From positions 1 to 64,000 of the forward strand of contig ADNK01002959.1 in assembly GCA_000320545.1 (NCBI GenBank): a DNA stretch of 64,000 nt, read 5' to 3'. The notes below the pieces were generated by a model. It made no database searches and was not told the origin of the DNA. It was given only the letters and a program-made list of their open reading frames with translations. Numbering within the stretch: the stretch's first letter is position 1; every line of letters starts with the position of its first letter. This document shows positions 1-12,204 of the stretch, piece after piece. Both the position numbers and the translations under genes were made by a program. Source of the stretch: Bigelowiella natans CCMP2755 (Eukaryota > Protista > Cercozoa).

Positions 1-168
1 CCTATGTCGTAGTACGGTGAGCTTGTTGCTCTCGCGACGTGTCACCTCAATGAGCATGCTAATGAATACTTTCTTTTCAATTTGCTGCGCAGGGGATCGA
101 GTCCCTGGATCCTTCTCCTGGGGGGGTATCATCTGAAATCAACTGAAAAATCAAGCCGCAAGGAGTGA
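1..168 (+). CDS. Probable 3' end (last intron plus terminal exon) of a gene entering from the left edge
   Basis: Donor gtgagc at 17, branch-like gctaat, pyrimidine tract and acceptor cag at 90-92. A short open terminal exon follows in either of two frames (GIESLDPSPGGVSSEIN* or GSSPWILLLGGYHLKSTEKSSRKE*). Product not identifiable. Confidence 0.35.
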
Positions 169-1240
169 GCATGACATGCAATGCAGTGTGCATGTTAGCG
201 CATGCTGGGGCAAGCAACATGTTCACACATCTCATTGGTCTAATCAAGCCTCATGCACCATGATGAGTCGCACATGACTGCAAGCCTCGTTGGCGAAGTG
301 CTGCAAAGCTGTGAATGACACACATAGCATGGCATGAGTAGTGGCTGCCGTGAGAACCTTTAATGAGACAGCATGTCAGCATATCCGTCTCTCAGCACAT
401 GGTAGGGGTCGTTTGCAATGTCCATCACGTGCTGATAGACGAATGTGCTGACATGACTGAACCTTTGCAATGACACCCTGATGCTGTACATGCGTGTATT
501 ACTAGTGTATGCGCATGAATGGGTGCCGCAGCGCTGGCTAGCCGATGACACGTATGATCTAGTGACAATGCACAGGCAACATCACATTCTTGCAATGCAA
601 TGCTTCATTTCGCTGCCGGGTATTGTGTGATGAATTTTGCGGTGGCACAGATGTGGATTGCGTGCTGTCGTTCAGATGCCTTGATGACGCGACCTGCAGC
701 ATCGCTAGCGTGCAAATCCTTCTTCTTCACGGAAGAAAGAAGAAGAAGAAAAAGTTGGTGTCTCTGGCCCTGCTACGTAATGCATTTCGTGATGAGGTGC
801 GATGATGTGGAGGACACATTCACGGTACAAGCATGCATGGCTTTGTGCACAGACACGGAAAATGTGTGGAATCAAATGCAACAGATTTCATTTGATTGCG
901 CACGCGCGTAGCTTGCGATTCAAAGTGCAAGTGATGTCGGGTAGTCGTGTCCATTTCTACGCGCATAGATACATCGAAGTAGATTTTAGCATTCCTAAAG
1001 ATGGTGGCAGCGCTCATCCACTGCATTCATTTGCATGCGCAGCACCAAATGATTCGATCCAGCACCAAATAAAACCACTTATTCGAGCTCACTACTCGTT
1101 GCACTACATGACATACCAACAGCTACCATGGAGACATTCGCCAGCTAGGCTACCAGGTGCATCAGGGATAAGAGCTACGTACTGCGGAGGCCTCGAAAGA
1201 AGTTTTGTGAGGTGAGAGGCCTTCTGTACGAGACGACTAG

Positions 1241-1657
1241 CTACCACAGCTTTCCGTGCCCAGGTGAGAGTTCAATCAGCAGATTCCGCACGGCACCGAA
1301 AACACGTTTGCATGCCTCAGGAGAGAGGCGTGGCTTTGATAGAACCTATCGATACGTCGTACAAAACTCAAGTCAAGACTGGCGAGGGCAACTACCATTG
1401 TGAATGGCCATGAAATCTCTGCGCTCCCCTCCCCGCAATACTATGCAGAACCGCAGACGACCTTCTTGATGTCCGTGACATAATGCGGATTCCTTGCACC
1501 GCAAAGCTCTGATGTGAGTCCGTTAGCGCTGCTAGCACTCCATAACGCCAGTAGCTGCATATCGGTGACATCGGCGTAGGAGACCTCAGGATCTTCGTGA
1601 ATGGCTCCCAGCATTGTGTCTCGCATCAACGTCTTTAGTTAAAGAAATATTATATAA

Positions 1658-1697
<40 letters not shown>

Positions 1698-1926
1698 TTA
1701 TTTATATTTCATATGAGGGACACACATTCACACAGATACGATAGTATATACTTATGCATTGCGAGATGCTTTGTGACAAACCATCTCTGGGGACATCGGT
1801 AATTTGTTAATTAGCTTCCAGTACGTCTCCCCCCTCCCCCAGTCACCAGCACCGATCTTTGATACAGACATATGCACACACACACACACACACACACTTT
1901 TCACTTACACACAGACATGCGTTTAC

Positions 1927-1966
<40 letters not shown>

Positions 1967-2192
1967 TGAAGTATTTATAGTACTTCAAACACCGTACCGC
2001 GGGTTATGATAATTGCTATTTAAGCTCTCACTACGATGGATTTTGCTATAGTTTCCTGGATATTTAATGATATTGATGACCCCTTCCGGAGGGATGGCAT
2101 TTATTGGTCTATTTCCAACGATGGACACGCCCTGATGATGATGATGATAATGATGATGATGATGATGATGATTGGTATAGACACTCTTGATG

Positions 2193-2233
<41 letters not shown>

Positions 2234-2428
2234 TATGATTAGTTAGTCCCCAGTGGGGATTAGATAGATACCTTGGATTCTGCTACTTCAATACTCGTTA
2301 CGAAACGGCCCTGGGTGGATAATGATGATGATGATGATAATGATGATAATCCACTTTTCAGATGACAAAGCAAGGAAGAAGGAAGACAAAAGAAAAAACT
2401 GCTGGCTCCTTACAGAACATCAAGTTTT

Positions 2429-2464
<36 letters not shown>

Positions 2465-2749
2465 GTCTCTCTCCCACACCACGGCACCTACTGACCTTCT
2501 CATCCCCTGGGTTACGAGGGGGGGCGTCCGGATCGAACAGCGACTGAAGCACAGGTCCAGACTCGACCAAATTCAGTGGAATCTAGTGTGTGTGTCCATG
2601 TACACACACACACATACACACACACACGCATAGATAGACAGACAGAGACAGAGACAGAGAGAGAGAGAGAGAGAGAGAGGTACAAGACGATAACCGATTA
2701 TAAAAGTAAAAACTTCTCCTCCCTCATTGCTACGACACACACTACACGC

Positions 2750-2787
<38 letters not shown>

Positions 2788-3371
2788 ATACATATACAAC
2801 ACCTGAGCTATCCTCATTCGGTGAGTAGCACCAAAATCCAACTCCTCCTCAGTATCATCATCCTCAGCTCTAGCATTAGAACACGACGTGAAAGATGACG
2901 TTGACGAAGAAGAAGAAGAAGAAGCAGCAGCAGCTTTCTCCGCCCTCGATAGTAGACGCCGCAATGATGGCCCCTCAAAGAGGTTGGGTCGCCCTGTTAC
3001 CTACCAAACGAGATGTTTTTTTGTGTGAATGCATCGCGCACCGCGTCATGCTAGACGGCTGCTGAGGGGCAATTGTGCACTCATGATGATCGGTACAACA
3101 TCTTAGAAAGTAGTACTGAGTAGTCACATCCTTGCAGGCTGCTGGACACGCCATAGTATCTACCGACCATTCCCGATGTAATCTACGCTCAAGGCGCATG
3201 AGAAGATCACAAAAACGAACACACACAAACACACATAGAGAGAGAGAGAGAGAGGAATAAATGAAAATCAGGTTAATTGTTTTGGAAGAGACCCATATCA
3301 CATACCCAGAATACTAAGGAAGATTCATATGTTATAATCACGATCAATAATAACAACAACGACAACAGCAA

Positions 3372-3404
<33 letters not shown>

Positions 3405-4022
3405 AGACCAACTAAATTAATACTGCTAGGTGACCACAGGACTACCCATCGGCTACTATCATCCCCATCAAAACTTTGTCCATCATTAACAATTTTTAAA
3501 TTCATTCACTACAAGATCTTCCAAGCACACGAAGGCCTTTTCCACTCTGTCATAGAAGGCGTCAAAGAGCTCCTCCCTGCTACGCTTCGATCCCCCCTCC
3601 TTGAACACCTGTATCAGTGACACACAAAACATCACACATAGACATCATTTTATCGCATTGTACAAATATTATTAGCTACTACAAGAAGACTAGCATCACT
3701 ACTGAGCGCACGTCTGCATAAACAGTGTACAATCCGCCTGACTGGTCATTTCCCCACATCATCGTATCTATCATCGTCGCAGCCTACCCCTTCCCTCGAG
3801 GTGAGAAAGAACTCTGGAGAGTGCAGGAGAACAACATCGGGTGGGGTTCCGAGCCTCTCCGCCTGTGCATGTCACACAATTCATGCGATGACGACGGTGA
3901 TGACGATGATGATAATGGCAATAAAACAATGGGTGAAGTACAGACAGAAAAGACCAGAAGTGTGGGGAGCGTCCTCTTCCATAGCATGATGCGAGTTTGT
4001 GTGTGTGGGGAAGGGGGGGAAG

Positions 4023-4070
<48 letters not shown>

Positions 4071-4631
4071 GGGCAACCGATGCATCAACAGATCTCCGGA
4101 TAAATTCTGGGTGAATACAGTGCCACGCGTCTGGCCCCATGTCTAGGTAGCTAAGTATTGAGGGCACAGAAGAACATAGCGAGACGACGTTATTATTGCT
4201 AGTGTTGTTGCCATCACCTCAAGATAATATGGATTGTATGCTGCTTACTGTGTAATGGAAGAGAAGAAGAAGAAGAAGGAGGAGAGGAGGAGGAAGAGGT
4301 GTCATGAGCAGCAGAAAAAGCAACACGAGGAGGACAAACATTTGAGCTATATATTGAGTACAAACGTTTGGGCTATATATTGAGTATGCAGCATAAAGCA
4401 ATGTCGGGGGTTAATAACAATTCCTCCTCCGATCAGCTACTGCGGAACCAGAGCTGAGCTTCGGTTTATACTCGCCATCTACCACTCCCACATTCCAACA
4501 CTAATTGCACTACTCTGGCGGTGGGGCGGAACGTGCCATCTCCAGATCATTCCCTTCTATGTACCCTACCTAGTGTTGGGATCGAGAAGTTTGAAGAGGA
4601 GAAGAAAGCATGATGTGATTGAGCGACGATA

Positions 4632-4690
<59 letters not shown>

Positions 4691-5364
4691 CACAACTATC
4701 ACCAGAGCTCTCCACAGTGACTAAAAGAATGCCTTATGCTCTTCTACCTTTGTCGAAACGACTATCTCCTCCCTGCTGATTCCCTCCTTTTCGAGTTCCC
4801 TCAACACGTCTCCGATCATCCTCTCGCTTCCTAGTATTTTGAGGAACAAGAGAGAGATAGAGGGAGGACAGGCTCAGGCTAATTACTTCCGCTACACTTT
4901 CTGGCCTCTCCACCGCCTCTCTTTCTGTTAGTATTGAGTCTCTGCTACGGTACCGCTATTTCCATAGGATGGTGAAGTATCGATCAAATTCACGCCTGAT
5001 CTCATGGCCTGGCACCCAAACACAACCACATCATCATCAACACACATGGAGAGAGCCCTTACCCCGAAATTCGATTCGAGTGATGAGAAACTCTAATGTT
5101 GTAACACGTAAGGAGAGAAGCGGGTATGTAGGCTGCCCGACCATCATCATCGCTTCTGCGTGGCTGGAGTTTCCATCCTCAACCCGGTAGGCTCCGAAAC
5201 CGATGCTGGACACCTAACCATGTAGACGTCTGTAAGTCGTTCATGCATCACAAGTGAGTCTTGCCGACCACCTTTAGAGCACCCAGCTTTCGAACATTAT
5301 CTGGGTGAACCGCTGCCGCGCCGATGCGGCGAAAGTAAGCACCTGTGGCCTTCGCCGTCGCCAT
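1241..5364 (-). CDS. Multi-exon aldo/keto reductase (NADP-dependent oxidoreductase fold)
   Basis: Spliced translation gives VSSIGFGAYRV, GVNLIDTSPSYGN, SERMIG, REEIVVSTKVGYI, WHCIHPEFI, PDVVLLHSPEFF, YYGVSS, QIPLNLVE, GNRPINAI and ELCGARNPHYV. The AKR catalytic D/Y/K/H positions are present. Candidate ATG at 5364, TAG at 1241-1243. Confidence 0.9.
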
Positions 5365-5794
5365 TTCGCAGCCGTCGTTCGGCAGCCCAGCTCCGAGGAA
5401 GAACTCGTTTGAGTGTCGATTTACAATAGACTATTATCTGCAGATATTCTTCGGTAAAATAACTTCTTAAGTTTCACTCTCATCGCCCTCGTTTAGATAC
5501 GACAAGGCTCTTAGACGCGAGCAGTGCCATCTGGGCTGATTTTTACCCGAAAAACATCCGTCCTGTGTGGAAGCTTTCTGTCGTTGTATGGAGTTTCTGT
5601 GGCTCCAGGGGATTCGACAAGGGGCCGTTCTTTGCAACTACGGGCTCGTTCGGGCTCGATGTAAACTGAAATATGCATGCCATTTCAGCTCTGCGTCTAG
5701 ATATCATCTCCGACTTTTTCCTAGTTCTAATTAATTTGTCGGTCGCAGGGAAGAATCTGTTACGTTCGCTACCCTTGGGAAAGAAGGGGAAAAA

Positions 5795-5913
5795 GTAAGG
5801 ATGAGAATTATAATCGTTGTCGCATAAGATAAATTCATCCCTTTTTGGTAATTCTGAATCATATCCCCACCCAACAAGAGAAAGATCTTTTGAGAGGTCA
5901 TCCCCCCCCGCAG
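5795..5913 (+). other. Probable 5'-UTR intron of the 14-3-3 gene
   Basis: gtaagg donor at 5795 and C-rich tract plus cag acceptor ending at 5913, 22 nt before the ATG. Confidence 0.6.
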
Positions 5914-5935
5914 AAGAACGCCACTAGACCAAAAC

Positions 5936-6748
5936 ATGGATAAGATCGTCGAAGAATTGAAGGGAGGCAACGATGCCATTCAGCAAGCGATGCAGCTTGT
6001 GAAGGCTGCAGAACATGCTGAGCGTTACAAAGACATGTGCGCTTTCATGAAGCTGGTCGTAGATCTTCACATCGCCAAGAACGAGGACTTGGACACGGAC
6101 GAAAGAAACCTGCTTTCCGTTGGATATAAAAATCTCGTTGGTGCAGGACGTGGTTCTCACAGGCATGTCAAGCACCAAATGGATTCTAAGGCCAGCGACC
6201 TCTTGCCAGGATACCTGGGAGTAATTGCGAAGGAGACCACCGACATCTGCAAGGAGGTTCTCAAGATCCTTGAGGATCAGCTAATTCCAAAAGCTAAGGA
6301 GTTGCAAAAAGGTGAGTCGAACGCGGAGATGAAGAAAGAAAAGATAGAAGCAACTATTTTTTATCTCAAGATGGCTGGTGACTACTACCGCTACCTCGCG
6401 GAGATTGACAAGGAAGGCGGTTACGAAAAGAAAGCTAAAGATCTTTACTTGGAGGGCACAGAGCTTTCCGCAGCAAATCTCGAGCCAACTGATCCAATCC
6501 GACTCGGTTTGGCTCTAAACCTTTCCGTGTGCTACTACGAGATCCTTGACAACAGGAAAGAAGCATGCCGCCTTGCAAAGCAGGCTTTCGATGATGCGAT
6601 CTCCAAGCTCGACAAACTCAAGGAAGAACAGTACAAAGACGCAACTCTCATAATGCAACTTCTTCGGGATAACCTTACTCTCTGGACGACGAGCAGTGCT
6701 GATGAGGGGGAAATGGAGGACGACCTCCAAGTCGAGAACGCTGAATAA
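5936..6748 (+). CDS. 14-3-3 protein (divergent), intronless CDS
   Basis: 270-aa ORF with AEHAERY, ERNLLSVGYKN, GDYYRYLAE, PIRLGLALN, AFDDAI and LIMQLLRDNLTLWT signatures. Confidence 0.98.
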   Translation: MDKIVEELKGGNDAIQQAMQLVKAAEHAERYKDMCAFMKLVVDLHIAKNEDLDTDERNLLSVGYKNLVGAGRGSHRHVKHQMDSKASDLLPGYLGVIAKETTDICKEVLKILEDQLIPKAKELQKGESNAEMKKEKIEATIFYLKMAGDYYRYLAEIDKEGGYEKKAKDLYLEGTELSAANLEPTDPIRLGLALNLSVCYYEILDNRKEACRLAKQAFDDAISKLDKLKEEQYKDATLIMQLLRDNLTLWTTSSADEGEMEDDLQVENAE

Positions 6749-7790
6749 TTCATTCAAGAAGGAAAACCCTTAAGATTTCGGCATGGCTTGCATGTAAAAT
6801 CACAGCCCTTTGCTTCCGTTATCATTATAAACGCTAGAATTCTTTTCATAGTGTACATTTCATCGAACTTGTGCAGAATTATATCCGTTTCTCGTTCGGT
6901 CATTTTCATATTTGCGGATGCAGCTATAGGTAGTTTTGCTTGCTGCAATATGATGGCACAATGATGATTGCAAGCATGCATGCACGACGACACAGTCAGA
7001 GCATGTGAATGATGTGTAGCATGCACAATTTGAGCGTTACATACAGCCGCAGCATTGCTTGCTGCGTACCTGCGCACTAGTACATACATGCGTGGGAAAA
7101 TTTTTAGTTTGATCATGCATTCGTCATGCAATGCATTGCGTCCGTCGTGCTGATCGATCATGTGTTATTGGATCATTTCCGGTCAAATTGTTGACTGGAT
7201 TGTGCACCTCACCACACATGCACCAATCTAGCAATCAACCAATCAAGCTCACAACATGATCGAAAATAAAAAGGCGCACACATGTGTGCTCGCTGCAAAA
7301 AGGACACGAGTGTTCTATGTGAGCATGCGCCATGTTGTTGTGCACGTCATCGCATCGGCACAATAGACTCATAATCCGGTATATACATTACATATCCCGC
7401 ATTACTAGTGTCTATTGTCGGTTCTTCGCCCGTCACATCTGAGAGCCTAACATTCCGACAACTGAATGAAAAGGAAATCAACACGAACTGCTGCGCGAAG
7501 CGCGCGACATTGTACGTAGACCGAAACAACATGCATTAAATTGCATGAATCGAAACATGCACCACAAAGAACAAGGACTGTCGCATGCATGCACGTGCGG
7601 CGCGCTGAAGACAAGATGATGATGGTTTCACAAACACAGCAAATCACACACATCATAGCAGAAACTAACAAATGCAGTGTTAAGAGCTGTAGCCGCCGCT
7701 TTGCATAGCTACATTAGGATGGCTATTGAAAAAATTTAATTCATTGATTCCGTCTCACATGCTAGCATGTATGTGCTACACACTTACAGA

Positions 7791-7832
<42 letters not shown>

Positions 7833-7903
7833 TACACACACATACACATGCAACACGGGCACCGCTATAGTCAACGAACAAAAGTATTTTTTTGAGCTTG
7901 CTG

Positions 7904-9553
7904 CTACGATCTCTGCAAACGGCGGCGAAACTGAAGATCGATGACTATAGAGTCCGCTTTAAACGGCACTGGGACTTGAAAGAAAGGATCACCGAGTCCT
8001 TTCAGTACCCTGATAGAGGAACGGAAGTACACAGCAATGGAGGACTTGTAATTTGAAACAACGCATACATAGCCAACATGACGTCTATCGATAGCATTTA
8101 TTCCCTTGGCATGGTGGTCCAATTAGAAGTGCAAACAACGCAGACCGAAAACATACAAGATGAAAGCCACCGTTTATCACCTCTCCTGTAACGTCTTTGG
8201 CCCCTCCCACTGATTCTATGGAAGTGACAACAGAAGCATCAACACAACGAATCAAAGAAATTTCGCTCTGTAATGCTTTGGATCAATGGGCGCAGGTTCG
8301 ATGTGCGGTATTACCATAAGGATGAATTCATCCGAATCCACAGTGAACCCACACCGTTCCCCTACAGCTGACTGAAGACAATTATCGCAACGAACGATCA
8401 CGACAGCAAGGAGGAGACGAAGAGGACAGAAGAAATAGAAGACAATATTTATTAATCGCCTTAACAATTGCATTCTTGACGATTGTTTGTTGATGCGTAT
8501 TTGTTGATATTCAATCTCTCCACACGCCAACCAGTAGTGATGGCACTACACGGCCCCAAAAGCCACCGTCGCTCGCCCGCAGCCGCTCCACCTGAGAATG
8601 TACAGAGTAATACTGATAGATGAATATGATCGTTTTCATGAATCAAGTTTACTCTCGCAATCAGTGTTGGTGCTCTTCCTCGCCATACAATCGGTTTGTT
8701 GTCTTCCTCGTATCTTCCAACGATTTCTTCTCTATTTCTCTCTCTTTCATTTTCTTATTCCCTCCCCCGCCTCTCTCCCCTCATTTCCCCTTTAACTCGG
8801 CGTACGATTTCGATATCGGCAGGTCGCTCGACGATCACACGCGCCTGTAGAGGGAGATCGTCGTCGCTGGCCGCAGCTGGCACAACGCTAGCCTGCTCCT
8901 CCTCCTCCTCGTCTTCCTGCTCATCTAATGGCTTTGGAGCAGCAGAAGAGAGTGGGGAGATGAGATTATTTGTGAGCACACAATGGGTGCGGCGCAGGGG
9001 AAACAGCTAATAGAAGCAGAGCGAGCGAAATCTTGTTGAAATGGGATCGAAATGGGATGATCTCTCCCTTATCTTCTTATACAGCTTCCTACACAACCAG
9101 ATCAACGTTTTGGAACTGCCAAGAGACGAGGTACCCTCGATCATAAAGCCCCCTTCCAACAAAAAAGAAGCAAAAACACACACACACACACACACACACA
9201 TACGAACACGCAAGAACAAACTCATTAACCGCTATCACCACCACACAGCCATCACCATTAATATCACAATCATGTCATAGTGTTACAGTTCGTTTGGTGG
9301 CGATGAGGATGCTGGTGATAATTTCGATGTACCGTAGAAGCATTTCGAGGCTTTGGCGCAACGATGTCTGCCGCCCCCCAGCCTTTGATTTTAATATGCG
9401 ATCATGTTTGTTGTTTTTTTAATGAAGAAACAAGTGAAAGACTGTAACATTTGCGTCGTTGTTGTGAAAAGATTCACGCATGGCATCCCGAATGAATGTT
9501 TCTACACATCAGTTCACACACGCTCACTTGTACAATCTTTGAATGCACTCATT

Positions 9554-9600
<47 letters not shown>

Positions 9601-9712
9601 TGCATCATCGACGACCTTAGCATATATCTCCGGAAATTGTTCTTTCAAAACTACTCGTCCGACCTATGACGTTTTGTAAGCAGCCCCAGTACAAAAAACA
9701 CGCAAAGAAACA

Positions 9713-9743
<31 letters not shown>

Positions 9744-10192
9744 CATTCACATTCATTCATGTTGATATACCTAGCTGTGATATTTTTCGTCTATTCTCTA
9801 GCAACGTGACCTGCTTTTGGAAGGCTAATCGTGAGGCGTCGTCTTCGACTATCTTGGAGGCCAGTTGCCATAAGACGAATGATCGAAAGGCGTAAGCCTC
9901 CTTATCAGTAAGGTCTGTGATGTTCTTTGGCCTAAACAAGAGGATTGATAACGATGACGAATTCATTAAAAAGAGGTGTTGGAGAAGAATATGAAACGTC
10001 GGCAGTTGGATTCATTTGATAGAAGTAGCGGGGAGATGGCCCCCACTTCTATGGATTTGAAAACGCGATCATGCACCCTCCGTCACTGCCTCAGCAAGCC
10101 CAAGCCTCCAATAATTAGCATCGTCCCTCTTGATGTTTTGGAGGTCGGCGGCCATTATCATCATTCTAATCAAGATCGATCCTCACCATCAC

Positions 10193-10228
<36 letters not shown>

Positions 10229-11326
10229 CACGACCGTCAACCTGGGGAAAGGATCGTCGAAGAAGTCGTCTTTGTCATAGTAGTACTCAGGGTATGTCTC
10301 TGACGCCTTACTTGAGAGCAGCTTTTCGAACACTTGCGCGACAGTTGCCCCCGGCGGAATGAGGTTCCGAGTAGAAGCCTCTTGCCGCTGAGAGTGTGGT
10401 TCCTGCTGCTTCTCGTCCAGCAAAAGCAGCACAGCGTCTTCTATACCAACCACAAAGCTTGGATCCAGAGGTCGTCGCAATTGCTCGGAAGTGGAAGATA
10501 AAGTGCGGTCTGCTGTGTTAGGTCCAGGATGATAATTTGTAATTAAACTTGTGGAATAGTTTTTTCTTGACGATTGGATGATCTGATGTGTAAACAAAAG
10601 GAGAACTCGTGACGGAGTAGGTAGTATACCTTTCTGTCCATCGAAAGGACCCCTCGCCTACGAACGCACGATCAAGCAGACCAGTGGAAGGGAAAGAAGA
10701 AGAAGAAGAAGAAGAAGAAGAAGAAGAAGAAGAAGAAGAAGAAGAAGAGGAAGATGAAGAAAATCATGATGAAGATATACATATATTGCTTGTCTTTTCA
10801 AAGCAAGTCGACGAAGTAAGGACAATGGTCCAGCGATTTGATGTATATTTGGCGTTCAATTCGCCGCTTTCGAACAAAAAACACGTACCATGGATGAAGG
10901 GGCCTTCCATCCCCCAATGATTAGAGTAAGAACAACTGCAGTCATCGATCGTGAAAAGAAACTTCTCCTGCCGCCATTTATAGACTGTGGCTTCATACGG
11001 GGATCGCTTACCTCTTTACGCCGCCGGTTGGGATGAGATGATACCGACACGTCATACGTCGCACCCGTTGTGAGAATGGAGTGGGATAGCCGCTGTCGCG
11101 TTCCAAGCGGTATTCTTAGCTTGGGCAGCGAGGGCAGCCGGAGCGGGGACAATGTTGTGTGCTGCCCCATTGCCCAATACCAGTTGTTCGCCTCGGTCAC
11201 GTCACTGTTAGAGGAGGAGAGCTCACAAGAACACAGTATGAATTATGACTGACTCATCGAGAGTATTGCCAACAAAGAATGAAGAGAATTTATGGAGAAC
11301 CTCAGGCTACGATAGTTGTCGCTCTC
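7904..11326 (-). CDS. Multi-exon uncharacterised protein, probably plastid/thylakoid-lumen targeted; 5' end unresolved
   Basis: Chain of GT-AG exons: ...GGRRSFFSRSMTAVVLTLIIGGWKAPSSM|ARGPFDGQK...LRRPLDPSFVVGIE...AYAFRSFVLWQ...SLEMLLRGLYDRGYLVSWQF...GGFWGRVVPSLL...LGDPFFQVPVPFKADSIVIDLQFRRRLQRS*. An S/R-rich leader precedes the RR motif. Confidence 0.7.
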
Positions 11327-11773
11327 CTAAAACACCATCCGATTTTCCTGTTTGGACTAGCCGATTTATGCTAGATGAACACTGGCCACAGAAATGGTTT
11401 TCTTGGAGGTTTCAAGGAAGACCTTTTTGGGAGAGATTTTACATGGAGAAATACCTACGAATAAATGACGAATCGGCATAATGATAGTTTTTAATAAATG
11501 ATAAATAACATTAGATCTACTCAGAAAAAATCGAGTAAGATAGTAGAGCGACTAATTTTAACAATTTCGCTCCTCCTGTAAGGAGAAGTGCTTCTTATAT
11601 TTATTGGTGATAATACTAAAATGTACTGGATTTTTCCTTTCCGTCATGGAGTTTAGTTGTCGTGCATGTATGTAATCTGGGAATTGATTTTACAGCTTCT
11701 GGTTTTCGTCCACGTTGGCTGGCCGTCGTCGTCCGCACCACCCATCCAGGCGACGATCGAATACCCTACCACA

Positions 11774-12204
11774 ATGTCCAGCAGGGTAAATGCAGTGCAC
11801 AGATGATTTTCAAAAAGGAAATTTTTCGAACTGTCTTGTTACTTGCCAGTTTAATATTTGCCCCACGATAAACCCTCAATTTTCAACAAATCGGTGCCAA
11901 ACTTTCAGGTCTTCCCTTTGGTCGTTGCAGCTGGATTGGGAGTTGTGTCTGGCTTTTACACTTTCAAGCCTATACTCTTAGAGTTCTGGTATTTCTGATA
12001 AAGAGTATATTATCCCTAAACGTACCCATAGGAGTTAGATGATCTGTTCACAGAGTAAAATGCTAAATGTTGTGAAGGGCATCTGAGGAAGGGCAGGCGA
12101 AGCTGGACGAATACAGACGCGCAAAACATGAGAACAAAGCTATTCCAGTAGAGAAATCATCTGAATCAATTGCTTCGGCTAAACCTCCTTCATTGCCAAA
12201 GTAA
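11774..12204 (+). CDS. Three-exon ~72-aa single-pass microprotein, PIGBOS1-like
   Basis: Exons 11774-11785, 11909-11988 and 12078-12204 join in frame across GT-AG introns: MSSRVFPLVVAAGLGVVSGFYTFKPILLEFWASEEGQAKLDEYRRAKHENK...PSLPK*. The GxxSGxYxFxP TM motif resembles PIGBOS1 (GIAGGVYIFQP). Absent from the ORF track. Confidence 0.65.
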
